From Euglena gracilis (lineage: Eukaryota), in the NCBI GenBank assembly GCA_039621445.1, contig CP154954.1, positions 49,579,847 through 49,643,846 on the forward strand: a stretch of DNA of 64,000 bases, written 5' to 3'. Numbering within the stretch: position 1 is the first letter of the stretch; every line of letters begins with the position of its first letter. The notes beneath the pieces are model-generated. The model saw only the letters and a program-made list of their open reading frames with translations, ran no database searches and was not told the DNA's origin. Shown in pieces: positions 10,901 to 25,434 of this stretch. The translations under genes were made by a program, and so were the position numbers.

Positions 10901-13779
10901 ACCCCATAGCACAAGGCACATTAGTTTGGTTCAAAAGGGGTGTTGTTATCATAGAGGGGGGGAAGGGGGGTTTCCAGAAAAAAAAGAAAGATGAGTTGGG
11001 GGATGGCCACAGGCCCCCTCTCCCCACCACCCAGGGTATTAAGTGAGCGTTGGTTTTGTCCAGGATGGAAGGGGTCAAACTATTGGGGTCCATATCCCCC
11101 TTTCCCCTTTCAGACCAAGGGTGAGGGGGTGTCCGGGACCGACCCAGAAACCAAAATTATTTTTCTTTGGCACTTCGTGCCGGTGAAGATGAAATTTTGA
11201 GTGTACGGTTGGCCGATACTTTTTTCAGCAAAAAAGTGCGCGAGAACGCCACTTTTGGGCCTGTTTGTCAAGGGCCGAATTATTCCGGTGCATTCCACTA
11301 AAAAATTTTTGCCCAGGGGAAGTGGGGTCCGACCCTCCCCTCCAGGGGGAGGGAGAGGGGTCCAGACCACCCCGCCTCCCCTCCTCTCTGCCACTTAAAT
11401 ACCCTGCCCCCACCGTCCGTCACCCCCCCCCCCTGTGCTGGCCCGGAGGGCATGGAATTCGAGACTGTGGTCACTGCTGCAATGTGCGAAAACGTTGTAC
11501 ACAGAACTTCCCAATTTTTTCCTGTTGCCATCTTGCCTATGTTGATTACTCTCTGGGAAACTGCAGCAAAAACAATAAAACCTTCTTTCAAATATTGTTC
11601 ACAAATTACGTGATCTGACGCTCCATGAAGACTCTTCCAGGTTACCAAAAGCCGTTATTTATAACTCATTGTTGGCCTGGATGCAAAGCAAACTTGAGTG
11701 CAAGGACTCCATAGATTGTCAAATGAAGCCTGGGGCTATGAATGACATCAACGCTGCCCAGCGATTGCGTGTCGCCTTCATACTTCCTTTCCTCTGTTCG
11801 TTGCCGAGTCGGCTACTTGAATTTTTCCAACATTTCTGAATCTTGCAGCAGTTTCCAAAATCGTTCAGTTACGACTCTGCCCTGTCTCTGTCAGTGAAAG
11901 GCAGTATGGCAACGGCTCATGACAAGGCGGAGGCGGAGAAGTTGGCAATTGTCAAAGCAGCTGAGGCGGATGCCGAGAGCAAACGGCTCTCTAAGGGAGA
12001 GGGCCAAGGGATGGCAACACTATCCTCTACATCAGCAGAATAGTGGAAGTGCAGTGGAATTGGGGCCTCTTTCCTGTTTTCCCGAACAACCCCCCCCCCC
12101 CGAAGAGCTTCCCCCGCCTACCATGATCCAAGGTGGCCACTTATTTTAAGGAAGCTTCCCATATCGTGGCCGAAGTTTATTCAAATTTGCATGATTCTGA
12201 AAAGAGTTTTACATGTTCTTTCGTATTCCCAGGAAACCGTTTTGTGCTGTTTCTTATGTTTACACTCCCCTGAACCTATGAAAAGAATTTTTAAGATTTA
12301 CAAAGTGCAAAGTTGTGTCCACAAGTCCACACTTTGTGCTGCTCTTGTATCAAAAGGTCCTCCCCCTCGTTGGGCGTTGGCCTGGCCGAGCAACGCAAGG
12401 CGATCATTATGGGCCTCCATGACTCCATTCGAATGTTCACAGCCCGACAGAGGTACCCCACAGACGTTACCCCTTCATTTACAGGACAGCTGTGTGTCCT
12501 TTGTGTTTTTCTTCGTAGTTGAGGAGATGCCTCTCCCCCACACCAACATCACGCAGTCGGAGGTGATGGAGCTGCTCCTCATGAATCAGTACTTCGACAC
12601 CCTGAAGGAGATGACCGCTTCCTCTCACGCGAAGACGATCTTTGTTCCCCACGACCCGGTCGCAGGCCGGGCCATCCCCTGGAGTTGTGTGATACCGTTG
12701 CTGGTCCGTTGCTCACTCCAAAAGGGTTGGACAGGGTGGTGCATGAACCCCCACCCCAAGGCAAAGCATCTAATTGAGAGCATGCATCCATTTGAGGGCC
12801 CCTGGGGATTGCTGGGCTTGGGTTAGAATTCGGGCTGCCTTGCTAATTCCCTCCGGGGGCTACCCCCGGGCTGTGCGGGCTGGGCTGTACCAATGGGACA
12901 ATTGCCAAAAAAAATCACTTGCAGAACACAGCTTTGAAAAGAAAATGAGCGTCTGGCGAATCCCCAAAACCCCCTGAAAACCCCTCAAAAAAACTTTTTT
13001 TTTAACCATTTTCGACCATTTCCCCATGGTTTCACGCAAAAGGGGGCTGGATGTTGGGCTGGTGGTACCCCGGAGGGAGGTGCTATGCGGCTGGACCGGG
13101 CTAAAATCGACCTCTGGGGTCTGCAAAACCTTAAAGAGCCAATGACCCATACCTTTTAATGAGGTGCCAGCACCGATGGCATTGGTAGCCCAGCAAAGAT
13201 TCATTCTTCAAATGAACTTCAGATGAAGGGCTTTTCTCTGAAATGCGAATTCCCTCCACTAAAACGACGCGCCAGAGAGAGAAACAGAAAACGGATACAG
13301 AAAACCTCGCACTGTCCCCCAAACGCCCCAGATGGCATTACAGCATTTTTCGCACCGAATATTGCTTATGCCGTATCCTGGGGTGTTTGCTGGCGATGGG
13401 CTTTTTTAGCCTTCCCAAACGAGGGCATTTTCGTTTATTTCATTTCGTCGAAAAAGTGCTCAAACACAGTCAAAATTGGTGAAATGAAATGAGCGTTTTT
13501 CTCCTTTCATGGTTTCCTTGCATATTTTTTTGACTGAAATTTCAGTCCAGCTGCATTTGGATGATTTCCTTTTGGGCTGTAGCCCGGTCAAGCCTGGCAG
13601 TCACCTGGCCTCCTCCCCGCCGTCCTCCGCTGTGCTAACTGTATTCCCCATCCTTCAATTTGCGGGAAAAACAGCCTGACACATCACACCACATGTGGTG
13701 GCTCGCCCTCGCCCAGGGCATCGGGCAGCAGATACGACAGGGTTTGCTGGAGGCTGGTCAAAGCTTTAAAATGGACTGA
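1919..13779 (+). CDS. SPFH/band-7 (stomatin/prohibitin) domain protein, HIR-like; 11 exons: 1919-2114, 5094-5114, 8453-8497, 8626-~8654, ~10186-10341, 10687-10707, 11738-11775, 11914-11991, 12372-12445, 12540-12658, 13717-13779 (840 nt, 279 aa)
   Basis: Joined exons read MGCVYCVEQSEVAIVESWGK...ETKTADNVFVTVHCSIQAEVLDTGLRQAFYELSHPDQQLHSYV(C/L)DLVRAQIPKYELDQLFLAKDEIAK...[43 protein letters not shown]...AESKRLSGVGLAEQRKAII...LLMNQYFDTLKEM...IFVPHDPGIGQQIRQGLLEAG. This is colinear over the full length with plant HIR proteins as I recall them. Junctions 1 and 4 are uncertain by a few nt. Confidence 0.92.
2730..2801 (+). pseudogene. Degenerate tRNA-like sequence (pseudo-tRNA or tRNA-derived SINE head) in SPFH intron 1
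   Basis: A-box-like AGCTCAGTGG and a T arm gtggg-TTCGAGC-cccac at tRNA spacing; acceptor and anticodon arms are imperfect. Confidence 0.55.
3175..4589. mobile_element. Non-autonomous TIR element in SPFH intron 1 carrying a PHD-finger fragment; possible TTA TSD
   Basis: TIR cggattttagcaggggcaccgttacaatgaaacgg / ccgtttcattgtaacggcgcccctgctaagttccg, flanked by tta on both sides; internal VRCEVCSVWWHWKCVDL...WMCEGC (~4171-4278). Confidence 0.75.
6227..6400. mobile_element. Small MITE-like element
   Basis: Ends atC(n)gatcttg / caagatcG(n)at are inverted repeats; internal ggacaagatc units. Confidence 0.55.
8760..9708 (+). mobile_element. hAT-family deletion derivative inside SPFH intron 4
   Basis: TIR caggggggagaaaattgcac / gtgcaatttctccccccccc(c)tg; subterminal tgtgcaattt arrays; imperfect flanking repeat gctgaatt/gctgaact; internal ORF fragment PPKVGGTRWNS contains the hAT transposase TRWNS motif. 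Confidence 0.75.
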
Positions 13780-14099
13780 ACTCTGTCCCCGACCACTGCT
13801 GTCTGGGGGCCTCCCCAGTCAGGGCGTCGCTGAAGCCAGAGAAGGGTACCAACTGCCTGCCAGAAGGCAGCCCCCGAAGCGACTACCTGGAAGGTGTCAA
13901 AGTTGATGTGGGCCAAAGTTGGACGAAAATGCACCTGGCACACATCATTGGTTGATTCCCAGTTGTTTTTTTCCTCGCAGTTTTCGAGCCTGGCTGGACC
14001 TTGGCCCCATTCCGATCGGGACAGCCAGAAATTTTTCCAGCCAGCCCGAATTTCCTTTCCTCTGAACTTCCTCTGAGCTGGATCCTTCACTGGAGGGTT

Positions 14100-14445
14100 A
14101 CCCCCTCAAATAATACCCCCTGGGGTATTTTTTTTCCGCCCGATGTCCCAGCCGAGGAGGAGGGTATTATTGACCCCAAAATTTTCGAAATTTTTCGAAG
14201 TCCCATAGGACCCAAAATAGCACCCAAACCCCCCCCTTTGGTCATCTATTTTACTTTCTCATGAAATTTAGCATTTTTGGAGGCCAGATGGTCCAGAGAA
14301 ATCGATTTATCGTCAAAGATTAATATTTTTCTACGTACATTTTCAGGTCAAAATCCGGGGTGTCGGCCCGAAATTGGGGGGGGGGGGAATTAAATCGGTC
14401 ACCGAAGTCCCGCCCCGGGGGGGGGGTATTATTTGGGGGGAGGGT
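14100..14445. mobile_element. MITE-like element downstream of the SPFH gene
   Basis: ccccctcaaataataccccc / gggggtattatttgggggg terminal inverted repeats. Confidence 0.55.
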
Positions 14446-16605
14446 TTTGTTCAAAGACGTCCTGTCCCCAGCTTTTGACCCTCCTCACTCACCCGCCCAC
14501 CATGCCCACCCTGCCAATCGCACGTGTCTTGCCCGCCTCCCCGCAATGTACAGTACCTGGCTCAGGCCTTCCCCTGCAAACCATCACCTAGGTTTAAGTT
14601 TGTGTTTCTTGCTTCCTGGGGAGTTTGAAATCAGTTTGGTTGCCCAGCCGGATTCTTAAGGTTCTCAGGGGGTTGGATGGGTGAGTTCACCCTTGTCTTG
14701 AGGGTGTCCACATTGGATGGCTGGTAAAAGATGCAAACCTTGGTTGGGTGTAGGAGAAAGTTCCCCAGGATCTCAATTATCATTGAGCTGACCCCCCCCC
14801 CTTCGCCAGCGTCTTGGTCTCGAGGCAACGTGGAACCTAGGGAAATATATGTTTCATTCTCCATCTGCTTTCTTCGAGTGAAATTATGGGGGCGGCCCTG
14901 TCACTGGCCTGTGTCTTCTTCCACTGGCCTACACCCACCCCTAAGTCACTGCTTTTGAGCAGAGGTTCTGTAACATATGCCTGGGCCTCTGAACCACGCA
15001 CCGCGCATCCGCACCTTCATTGGCGTGCCCTTTTCTTGACCCAGCGTTTTCATTTGCATTTCCATCCAAGAAAAACCCATTGCACAAGGACAGCTGAAAG
15101 TACCGAGGAATCTTATTTTATCGAGACATTGCTATTTTCTTTGGAGGCACTGGCTGCAGAAGGTTTCATCATCCCCGAGAGCCCTCTGTCGACCCCGCGA
15201 CAAAAGGATATTCCTTTGGGGATGGGCCATTGCCTAGTACCCAAAATACGGCTTGATTTGGATCAGAATGCGTTTCATTTTCTGATCACCGCTCATATTT
15301 CTCGGGCAAATGACAAGAGCAAGCCCCCCTCCCCACCCTCAACCTAGTTGGAGGAGATCTGGAACCCACTTGGCGGGATTGGCCATTTTTTTTTCCTGCG
15401 GAAGGGTTCCCCCCACCCATGCCAGTGCATGGAGACCGGGGAGTCCAATTGTGTCCAGAACGACTCCATCTCCGGAGAAAATGCCTGATCATAATTGGTG
15501 GATGATCACCAAAGCATGAGGTGATGAATTTGGCGAAGTTCCAGAGTGCTCAGTGTGGCAGCTGATGACTGTGGTTTCAGCGCGATTTGGTTGCCATACT
15601 GTTGCTTGTACAATTTATTTTGTTTATTATATTATATATATTATATGTTGTATATTAAAAGGCGCACCAAATTCAAGTCTTTCACATTAGCCAATAACGA
15701 CCAAAAAAGCCCAAAATGGCCATATTCCCCCACCAATGGGCAATTTTTGCCAACCTGGGGTCCCCTTTCCCCCTTGTCTGGCGACCCCCCCCCCCACCCA
15801 GAGGCCATCGGTTTTCAGAGAAATATTGTGCCAAATTGGCCATTTCCCCATTTTCACGCCCCAAATTGGCCATTTGGCCTGGGAAAAATTTAGCCCCCCA
15901 AAATGGGCCATTTTGGTCCAAAAGGTGCTGATTGTTCCCCCTCCCAGGTTGGCCATTGTCCAAGGCCGCCCAAGGGGTGGCCAATCTGGGGGGGGGTGAG
16001 GGTCAATTGTTTCCAGTGTTCATCTCCGACTGCGGGACAATCTGGTAAGGTTTCAGTTCGCCCTAAGGCCCCCCAAGGGGGGGGGATGGTTTGGACCCCT
16101 GGGGGGGGGTCCAAACCGTCCCCCCCCATCAGCCCATATATATGCAGGCTGGTAGTGTCCTGCCCCCCGGGGGGGGGGGCAGGATACTACCTGCGACGGT
16201 ATTGCTTGGGGTTACTGAAGGGGTTGTGTATATAGTGTGCCAAAAGTTTGTGTACCCCCTCGGGTTTTGTTGGGGGGGGGAACTCAACCCCAAGCCCCAA
16301 AGCCCATGTTACCGATGGGCTGTGGTGATGGTGTGCGCACACCCCCCAGTATTGACCACCTCGCCCCCTTGCCTGGGCTGGGGTTTGAGTGCCAAACAAA
16401 AAGGGCCACGGATTGAAAGGTTTTGCTCTTGCACAATTGGCCTCAGATTTGCACAAAGCCCTGTGTGTGGCAGAGGTTGGTGCTGCTGTGCGGCAGGTCT
16501 GTGCAAGCATTTACACCCCATCACCACAGCCCATGGGTAACATAGGCTTTGGGGTTGAGTGCGCGCCCACAAAACTCGAGGGGGTATAAAATTTTTTGGC
16601 ACACT

Positions 16606-16950
<345 letters not shown>

Positions 16951-17174
16951 AGCAGGGTCAACATCAGAATGAAAAATTGAGAAATGAAGTTAAAATATGC
17001 ACCGTGGGGACTTGAGTTCGAGAATTTTATCCAAAAAACATATGTCACAAAATAATGAACCCCTGATCCCAAAATGATATGCCCCCGGTGCATTATTTGG
17101 GGCACTGGCGTTTATTTGCAAGAAGGACAGGTAATGTGCGCATGTGTTTTCCCACGAACCTCGCAGGGGAGGCG

Positions 17175-20282
<3,108 letters not shown>

Positions 20283-21143
20283 GTGAGTGCACCCTCCTCC
20301 GCATTGACTACATCACTTCCATTTGCTGCTACACCCACCTTGCCCTTCACCTCTTCAAGCCTCAGCTACTCTGTCAGTCAGAGTTGCACATTCCATACAA
20401 CGTCATTGGAAAGGAAATTCAAAAGCCTCTGGTGTATTTTTACTTTTTTGCCCTTTTCAAAACAAAAATATTTTGGAAAATTTTAAAATATTTTTGGCTT
20501 CGGTTTAAATGAGCTGCCAGGCATGCCGGCGTTTGGATGGACAGGCATTCAAAAAAATAAATATACACTGCAGGCAAAGGAATAAAAAAAATTGGCAAGT
20601 CCCAAAACTGCCAGACCACGGAGTCCCGAACCTCTGACAAAGCAGTTAAAAGTATTGTTCGAAATTTTTGGCAAAGTGTTCAAAATTATGGCAAAAAAGT
20701 ACACAATTTTTTCAAAAATGCATTTTACAAAGTACACATTTTTTTTTTCAAAATTATGGCAAAATATCCTGGAAACTGTGAGATGTGCAAATGAGTGTTG
20801 GATTTATTCAGGGGGCCTAAGGGGAGGCCAGCCCCCCCCCCCCCCCCCCGGGCACCGCCCCCCCAATGACAAAGTCCTTGTTCAGTGCAGATTTTTGAAC
20901 ACGGTCAGCCCGACCTTTAGAGCTACCAATGGAGGTCAGGCCGCCCTCCATTTTTTTTGACACAACATCCCCCCTCCCTGCGGAAAATCCCCCCCAATCC
21001 ATTGCCGCCCGAAGGGTGGCTGGTGGTGGCTGGTGGTGGTGGCTGGAAATGCATTTTTCCAAAAAAAATTCCCCCAAAAGGCCAAATCTGTTAACAGAAA
21101 TGGTGTGCTTTTTGAAAACATTAATTTCAGAAGGTCAAGGTAC

Positions 21144-21370
21144 GGTACTTGTTCGCTGCACGACCGCCAGTGAATTATGGGGTTATTTGAAGGAGTAGGG
21201 TTAGGTGCGCACATGGCCATGTTGCGCAACATGGCCATTTTGCGCACATGGCCCTGTTGCGCAACATTGCCATGTAGCGCAACGTGGCCAATTGCGCACT
21301 ACTCCTTCAATAACCCTACAAAATCCGACTTAGAAAAATTTCACTGGCGGTCGTGCAGCGAACAAGTACC
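21144..21370. mobile_element. 227-bp MITE with 31-bp perfect TIRs and 8-bp TSD CAAGGTAC (Merlin-like ends)
   Basis: ggtacttgttcgctgcacgaccgccagtgaa / ttcactggcggtcgtgcagcgaacaagtacc; TSD at 21136-21143 and 21371-21378. Confidence 0.9.
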
Positions 21371-23012
21371 CAAGGTACATGTGTTTCTTGTTGCCGCCCG
21401 AAGGGCGGCTGGAGATATTCACAAACAACAACCCCAATTTTAAAAAAGAAGATTTTCGCCCCCTCCGACCCATGAGTTCTGGACTTGTTTGGCCGCCCGA
21501 AGGGCGGCGAGATGGTATTTGGGCTGTCTTGTGCGGAGAGAAAAAATTTGATTGGATTAATACCCTTGGTACACCCAATGGGCTTTTGTCACTGGAGGGT
21601 GGGAAGGGGGGGGTGTCGGCATCCCCCGCCAGTCACACTTAAGTTCATTCACAGAGTTGACCTGTGGGCAATGGCGTTCACCTGTGGGCAGGGTGTTTCA
21701 ACTGACACTCACAATTTTGGGACTTCTTGCCAAAATTTTTGACCATTTTCCCCATAATTTGGGGCTTTTTTTGCCAAAACGCCTGGGACCTTTCGTCAAA
21801 ATCATTGAGACCGGTGGGCAAATCTATGAGATTCCGTTGTGTAATGTGGCAATGTGTGTTTTTTTCTGATTTTGTTGCCAAAAATGGGCATTTCAAGTGG
21901 GAACTAATTTTTTCCCACTCGCTAGTGCATCCCCCCCCGTCCTGAGTCCTGTGTCCAAAACACAGTGCTCAGGACGGAGTATGCATCCAAGACACAGTTT
22001 TTTTGCTTCAGAAGTCCTCCAGTTTGTCCTCAGTCAGACGACAACAACACCATCTTGGTCGACGGCTGCGTGTGCCATTCATTGGCGTGGAAGAAGGGGG
22101 GGTACTCCCGAGATTTTGGAAAGAAAAAATGTGTGTAATTTACTCACCACATTCTTTGTGGTTTTTTTTCTTCAATTTCTCACATCAAGAACTCAACTTT
22201 TCATTGAACTTTGGGGTGTTTTTTTTGCTGTTGGACGTTGCTACCATGCCCCTCCCCCTTACTGTTCACCCCCTTACTGTTCCCATTGGGGGGACGGGAA
22301 CAGTACAGTGTCAGGGCACTTTTTGCCAGGGATTCTTGGAAGAAAGAGAGAAAAAGGGAATTTTTTGGTTGGTTTTAGTCCATCAAACTCTAAACCAACA
22401 CCAAAATGGGTGTTGTGGAGGTTCAATTTTCAAGCATGTGAACCATAAAGGCTTCATTTTGGCATTTTAGGTGGCCTTTTGGGTCTAACTTGGTTGGTTA
22501 GTTCATGGCCCATGGGAACAGCAAGGTGGGAGCTCCCCCCCCTTGCTGTTCCCATACACCCAAAAGGGATCCATAGGACGGGAACAGCAAGGGGGGTCAT
22601 GGTATTCCAAAAAAAAACAATAGTCTTTGCTCTGATTCTTGTCAAATGTCTGCCTGGTCCTCATGTGCAGTGCTGTCACCAATGCATTGCCAACAACGAG
22701 CTTTCTGCCTTCTACCAGCATTGCCACAGCACCGTCTATTCTGCCAACAGGATCAGAAGAGGGATCAGTGATCACTAGCAGGACGGTGGGGGTTGTTGCC
22801 ACATCCGAGTGCCAGACGGTAGACTGGGGGGGGGGGGCTGGGTGGTCGGCCGACTAGGCCTGGTGGTCGGCAGCTAGTCGGCGAGACGGGGGGGGGCGGG
22901 TAGTGGGTGGTCGGCCGACTGGTCGGCCGACCACCCACTCTAATGTAGTTGCGGGCCAGTTTCGCCGACTTTTAAGCCCCCCCCCTGAGAAAAAATTTTT
23001 TGTCCAAATCAC

Positions 23013-23245
23013 GGTACTTGTCTGTTATCGCACGACATACCCCCTTTTGGTTATCGCACGACGCCCTTTTTTTGGGTTAATATGGGGTTATTGAAGGAGT
23101 AGGGTTAGGTGCGCACAAGCCATGTTGCGCTACATGGCCTGTGCGCACCTAACCCTACTCCTTCAATAACCCCATAGGACTAAAAATAAGGTGTCGTGCG
23201 ATAACCAAAAGGGGGGGGTATGTCGTGCGATAACAGACAAGTACC
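23013..23245. mobile_element. 233-bp foldback MITE, same family as 21144-21370, 8-bp TSD CAAATCAC
   Basis: ggtacttgtctgttatcgcacgacatacccc / ggggtatgtcgtgcgataacagacaagtacc; TSD at 23005-23012 and 23246-23253. Confidence 0.9.
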
Positions 23246-23439
23246 CAAATCACCTCAACACCAGTCAAAACCCACCCAAATGGCTCCAGAACCCCCAATC
23301 GAGGGTGAATATGCAAAAAACTGGGGGCAAAGTGTCCATTTTGGGCCACTTTTGGCAAAAGAACACCTCTCCCCGTTGTATATAAGTCAATATAAGTCAA
23401 ATTTTGCACAAAAAGGACTTAGCCCTCCAAGTATATTGC

Positions 23440-23795
23440 CAACATAGAAGGGATTTTGTTATTTCAGGGGGGGGGGTGCGGGGGCGGAGCCCCCCCTGCC
23501 TATGCCAAAGTGAGCCACAAAAACGACTTAACCCCGGAGTATGTTGACAACATAGAAGGGATTTTGTTATTTGAGGGGGGCGGGGGGGGGGGCGGAGCCC
23601 CCCCCCTCCGCCTATGCCAAAGTGAGCCACAAAAACGACTTAACCCCGGAGTATGTTGCCAACATAGAAGGGATTTTGTTATTTGAGGGGGGGGTGCGGG
23701 GGGGGGGGGGCGGGGCCCCCCCGCCTATGCCAAAGTGAGCCACAAAACGACTTAGCCCCCGAGCATGATGCCAACACAGAAGGGATTTTGTTATC
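23440..23795. repeat. ~110-bp tandem repeat, ~3.2 copies
   Basis: caacatagaagggattttgttattt...gcctatgccaaagtgagccacaaaaacgacttaaccccggagtatgttg recurs at ~23440, ~23548, ~23660 and partially ~23772. Confidence 0.9.
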
Positions 23796-24197
23796 TGAGG
23801 CTCGGATGGGGGTGGAGGGGGGAGTTTTCAGCCTGTCGTGATGCAGAATGCTTGCATTTCTAAAGGATTTTCATGTAATCCCTGTTTCGTCATTGGTTTT
23901 TTACCCCTCCGGACCCCATCAAGGGCCCACCGACCCCCCACCGACCAAGGATTTCCATCTGAGGGTGTTCCTGTTGGTGTAAGGCACTTATTTGGACCCA
24001 TCCGGACCATTTCCGGGTGGTTTGGGCCCGCCACAGACCATTTTTATGACCACCGACTAGCCGCCGACTAGTTTGCATGCAATTTTCTTCATAAAAAGTC
24101 GGCGAGACTGGCCCGTAACTACATTAGAGTGGGTGGTCGGCTGACTAATCCGCCGACCACCCACTCCCCCCCCCCCCCCGTCTCGCCAACTAGCTGC

Positions 24198-25434
24198 GGC
24201 TCCGTGCGAATTCCTGGCCATGCTACTTCTGGAGGTCGGGCCGACCTAGGTCGGGCCGACCTTTGGCCATGGCTTATCGACCTCTGGAGGTCGGGCCGAC
24301 CAGGTCGGCCCGACCTCCAATAATCCGCCCCCTTTTTTGGAAATTTAAGCCCCCCCCCCCTCAAAAATTTGATTCTCTTATTTCAATTCGAAATGAACGT
24401 AAACCCATCGGAATGTCCTTAGAAACGTCAAAAAACGTCCCAAATTCCAAAAAATTGTGAAAAATGGCTAAATCAGGTGTGATCCATGGCCAATGACAAA
24501 AATTCCTTTGGTGTGCAATGCCCAAACCCTAACCCCACCCCTACCCCTGACCCTGACCCTGACCCTAACCCTGACCCTGACCGTAACCCTAACCCAGCTC
24601 TTTCATCCCACATTGAAAAAAAATTGAAAAACGCGAACTTAGTCGGCCTACGGCCTCCTCCGGGGGGGGCTGCCGCCCCCCCCCCCCCCCCCGGACCCCC
24701 CGCCTAAAATAACAAAATCCCCTTCTGTGTGCAAGGCAATGATGGCCAAAACAAGTATCTTCTTTGAGGCCAGAAAAATTTGTGATGTTTGTAGCCGGCT
24801 GTTCAGAAACGTGATAAATTGGCCCCTACAAGGTACCAGCTACCCCAAAGAGCCGCCCAACTAGGGTTAATACACATGGGGGGACCCTCGCTCGGCGCCT
24901 TCGGCGCCTCGCTCGGGTCCCCCCATGTTTTTAACCCTAGTTGGGCAGCTCTTTGGGTTCGCTGGGTACCTGTAGAGACCAATCTAACAACGTTGAGCGG
25001 GAAATGTTCTGCTGTTTGGATAAGAGTCGTAGCCCTAACCCTACTCCTTCAAATAACGTCAGAAATTCCTTTTTACCATAGGTTGATGCCATCAGGAATT
25101 CTTTTTGTGCTAAAATTGCGCTTTTTATGCTCCACAGGGTTTGGCCAAGGTTTTGGATGCTTTTGAAAAGGAAAACCATTGAGGTCGTTTCTATCGACCA
25201 TGTGGTCGGCCCGACCTCCAATTGGTCGGGCCGACCATATGGTCGGTAACCCAAACAGGTCGGGCCGACCAGGTCGGCCCGACCTATAGTCAAAAGTCCT
25301 TTGAAAAAGGGGGGGGGTAATGCGGTACAGTGGCCATTTCTGTCGACCTCCAGAGGTCGGTCCGACCATGGTCGGGCCGACCATAGGTCGGCCCGACCTC
25401 CAGAACTAGCATGGCCAATATTCCGCCCGGGGCC
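24198..25434. mobile_element. Mutator-like non-autonomous element (GTCGGCCCGACC family), 9-bp TSD ACTAGCTGC, inserted in the right TIR of 22808-25535
   Basis: ggctccgtgcgaattcctggccatgctacttctggaggtcgggccgacc / ggtcggcccgacctccagaactagcatggccaatattccgcccggggcc; TSD at 24189-24197 and 25435-25443. Confidence 0.88.
24526..24594 (-). repeat. Short interstitial telomere-like tract (CCCTAA/CCCTGA)
   Basis: aaccctaaccccacccctacccctgaccctgaccctgaccctaaccctga... Confidence 0.8.

Noticed and set aside
1919-13779. Fragmented pseudogene interpretation of the SPFH locus
   Set aside because: All pieces are in order, in frame and stop-free, and sum to a full-length protein once stem-type introns are allowed
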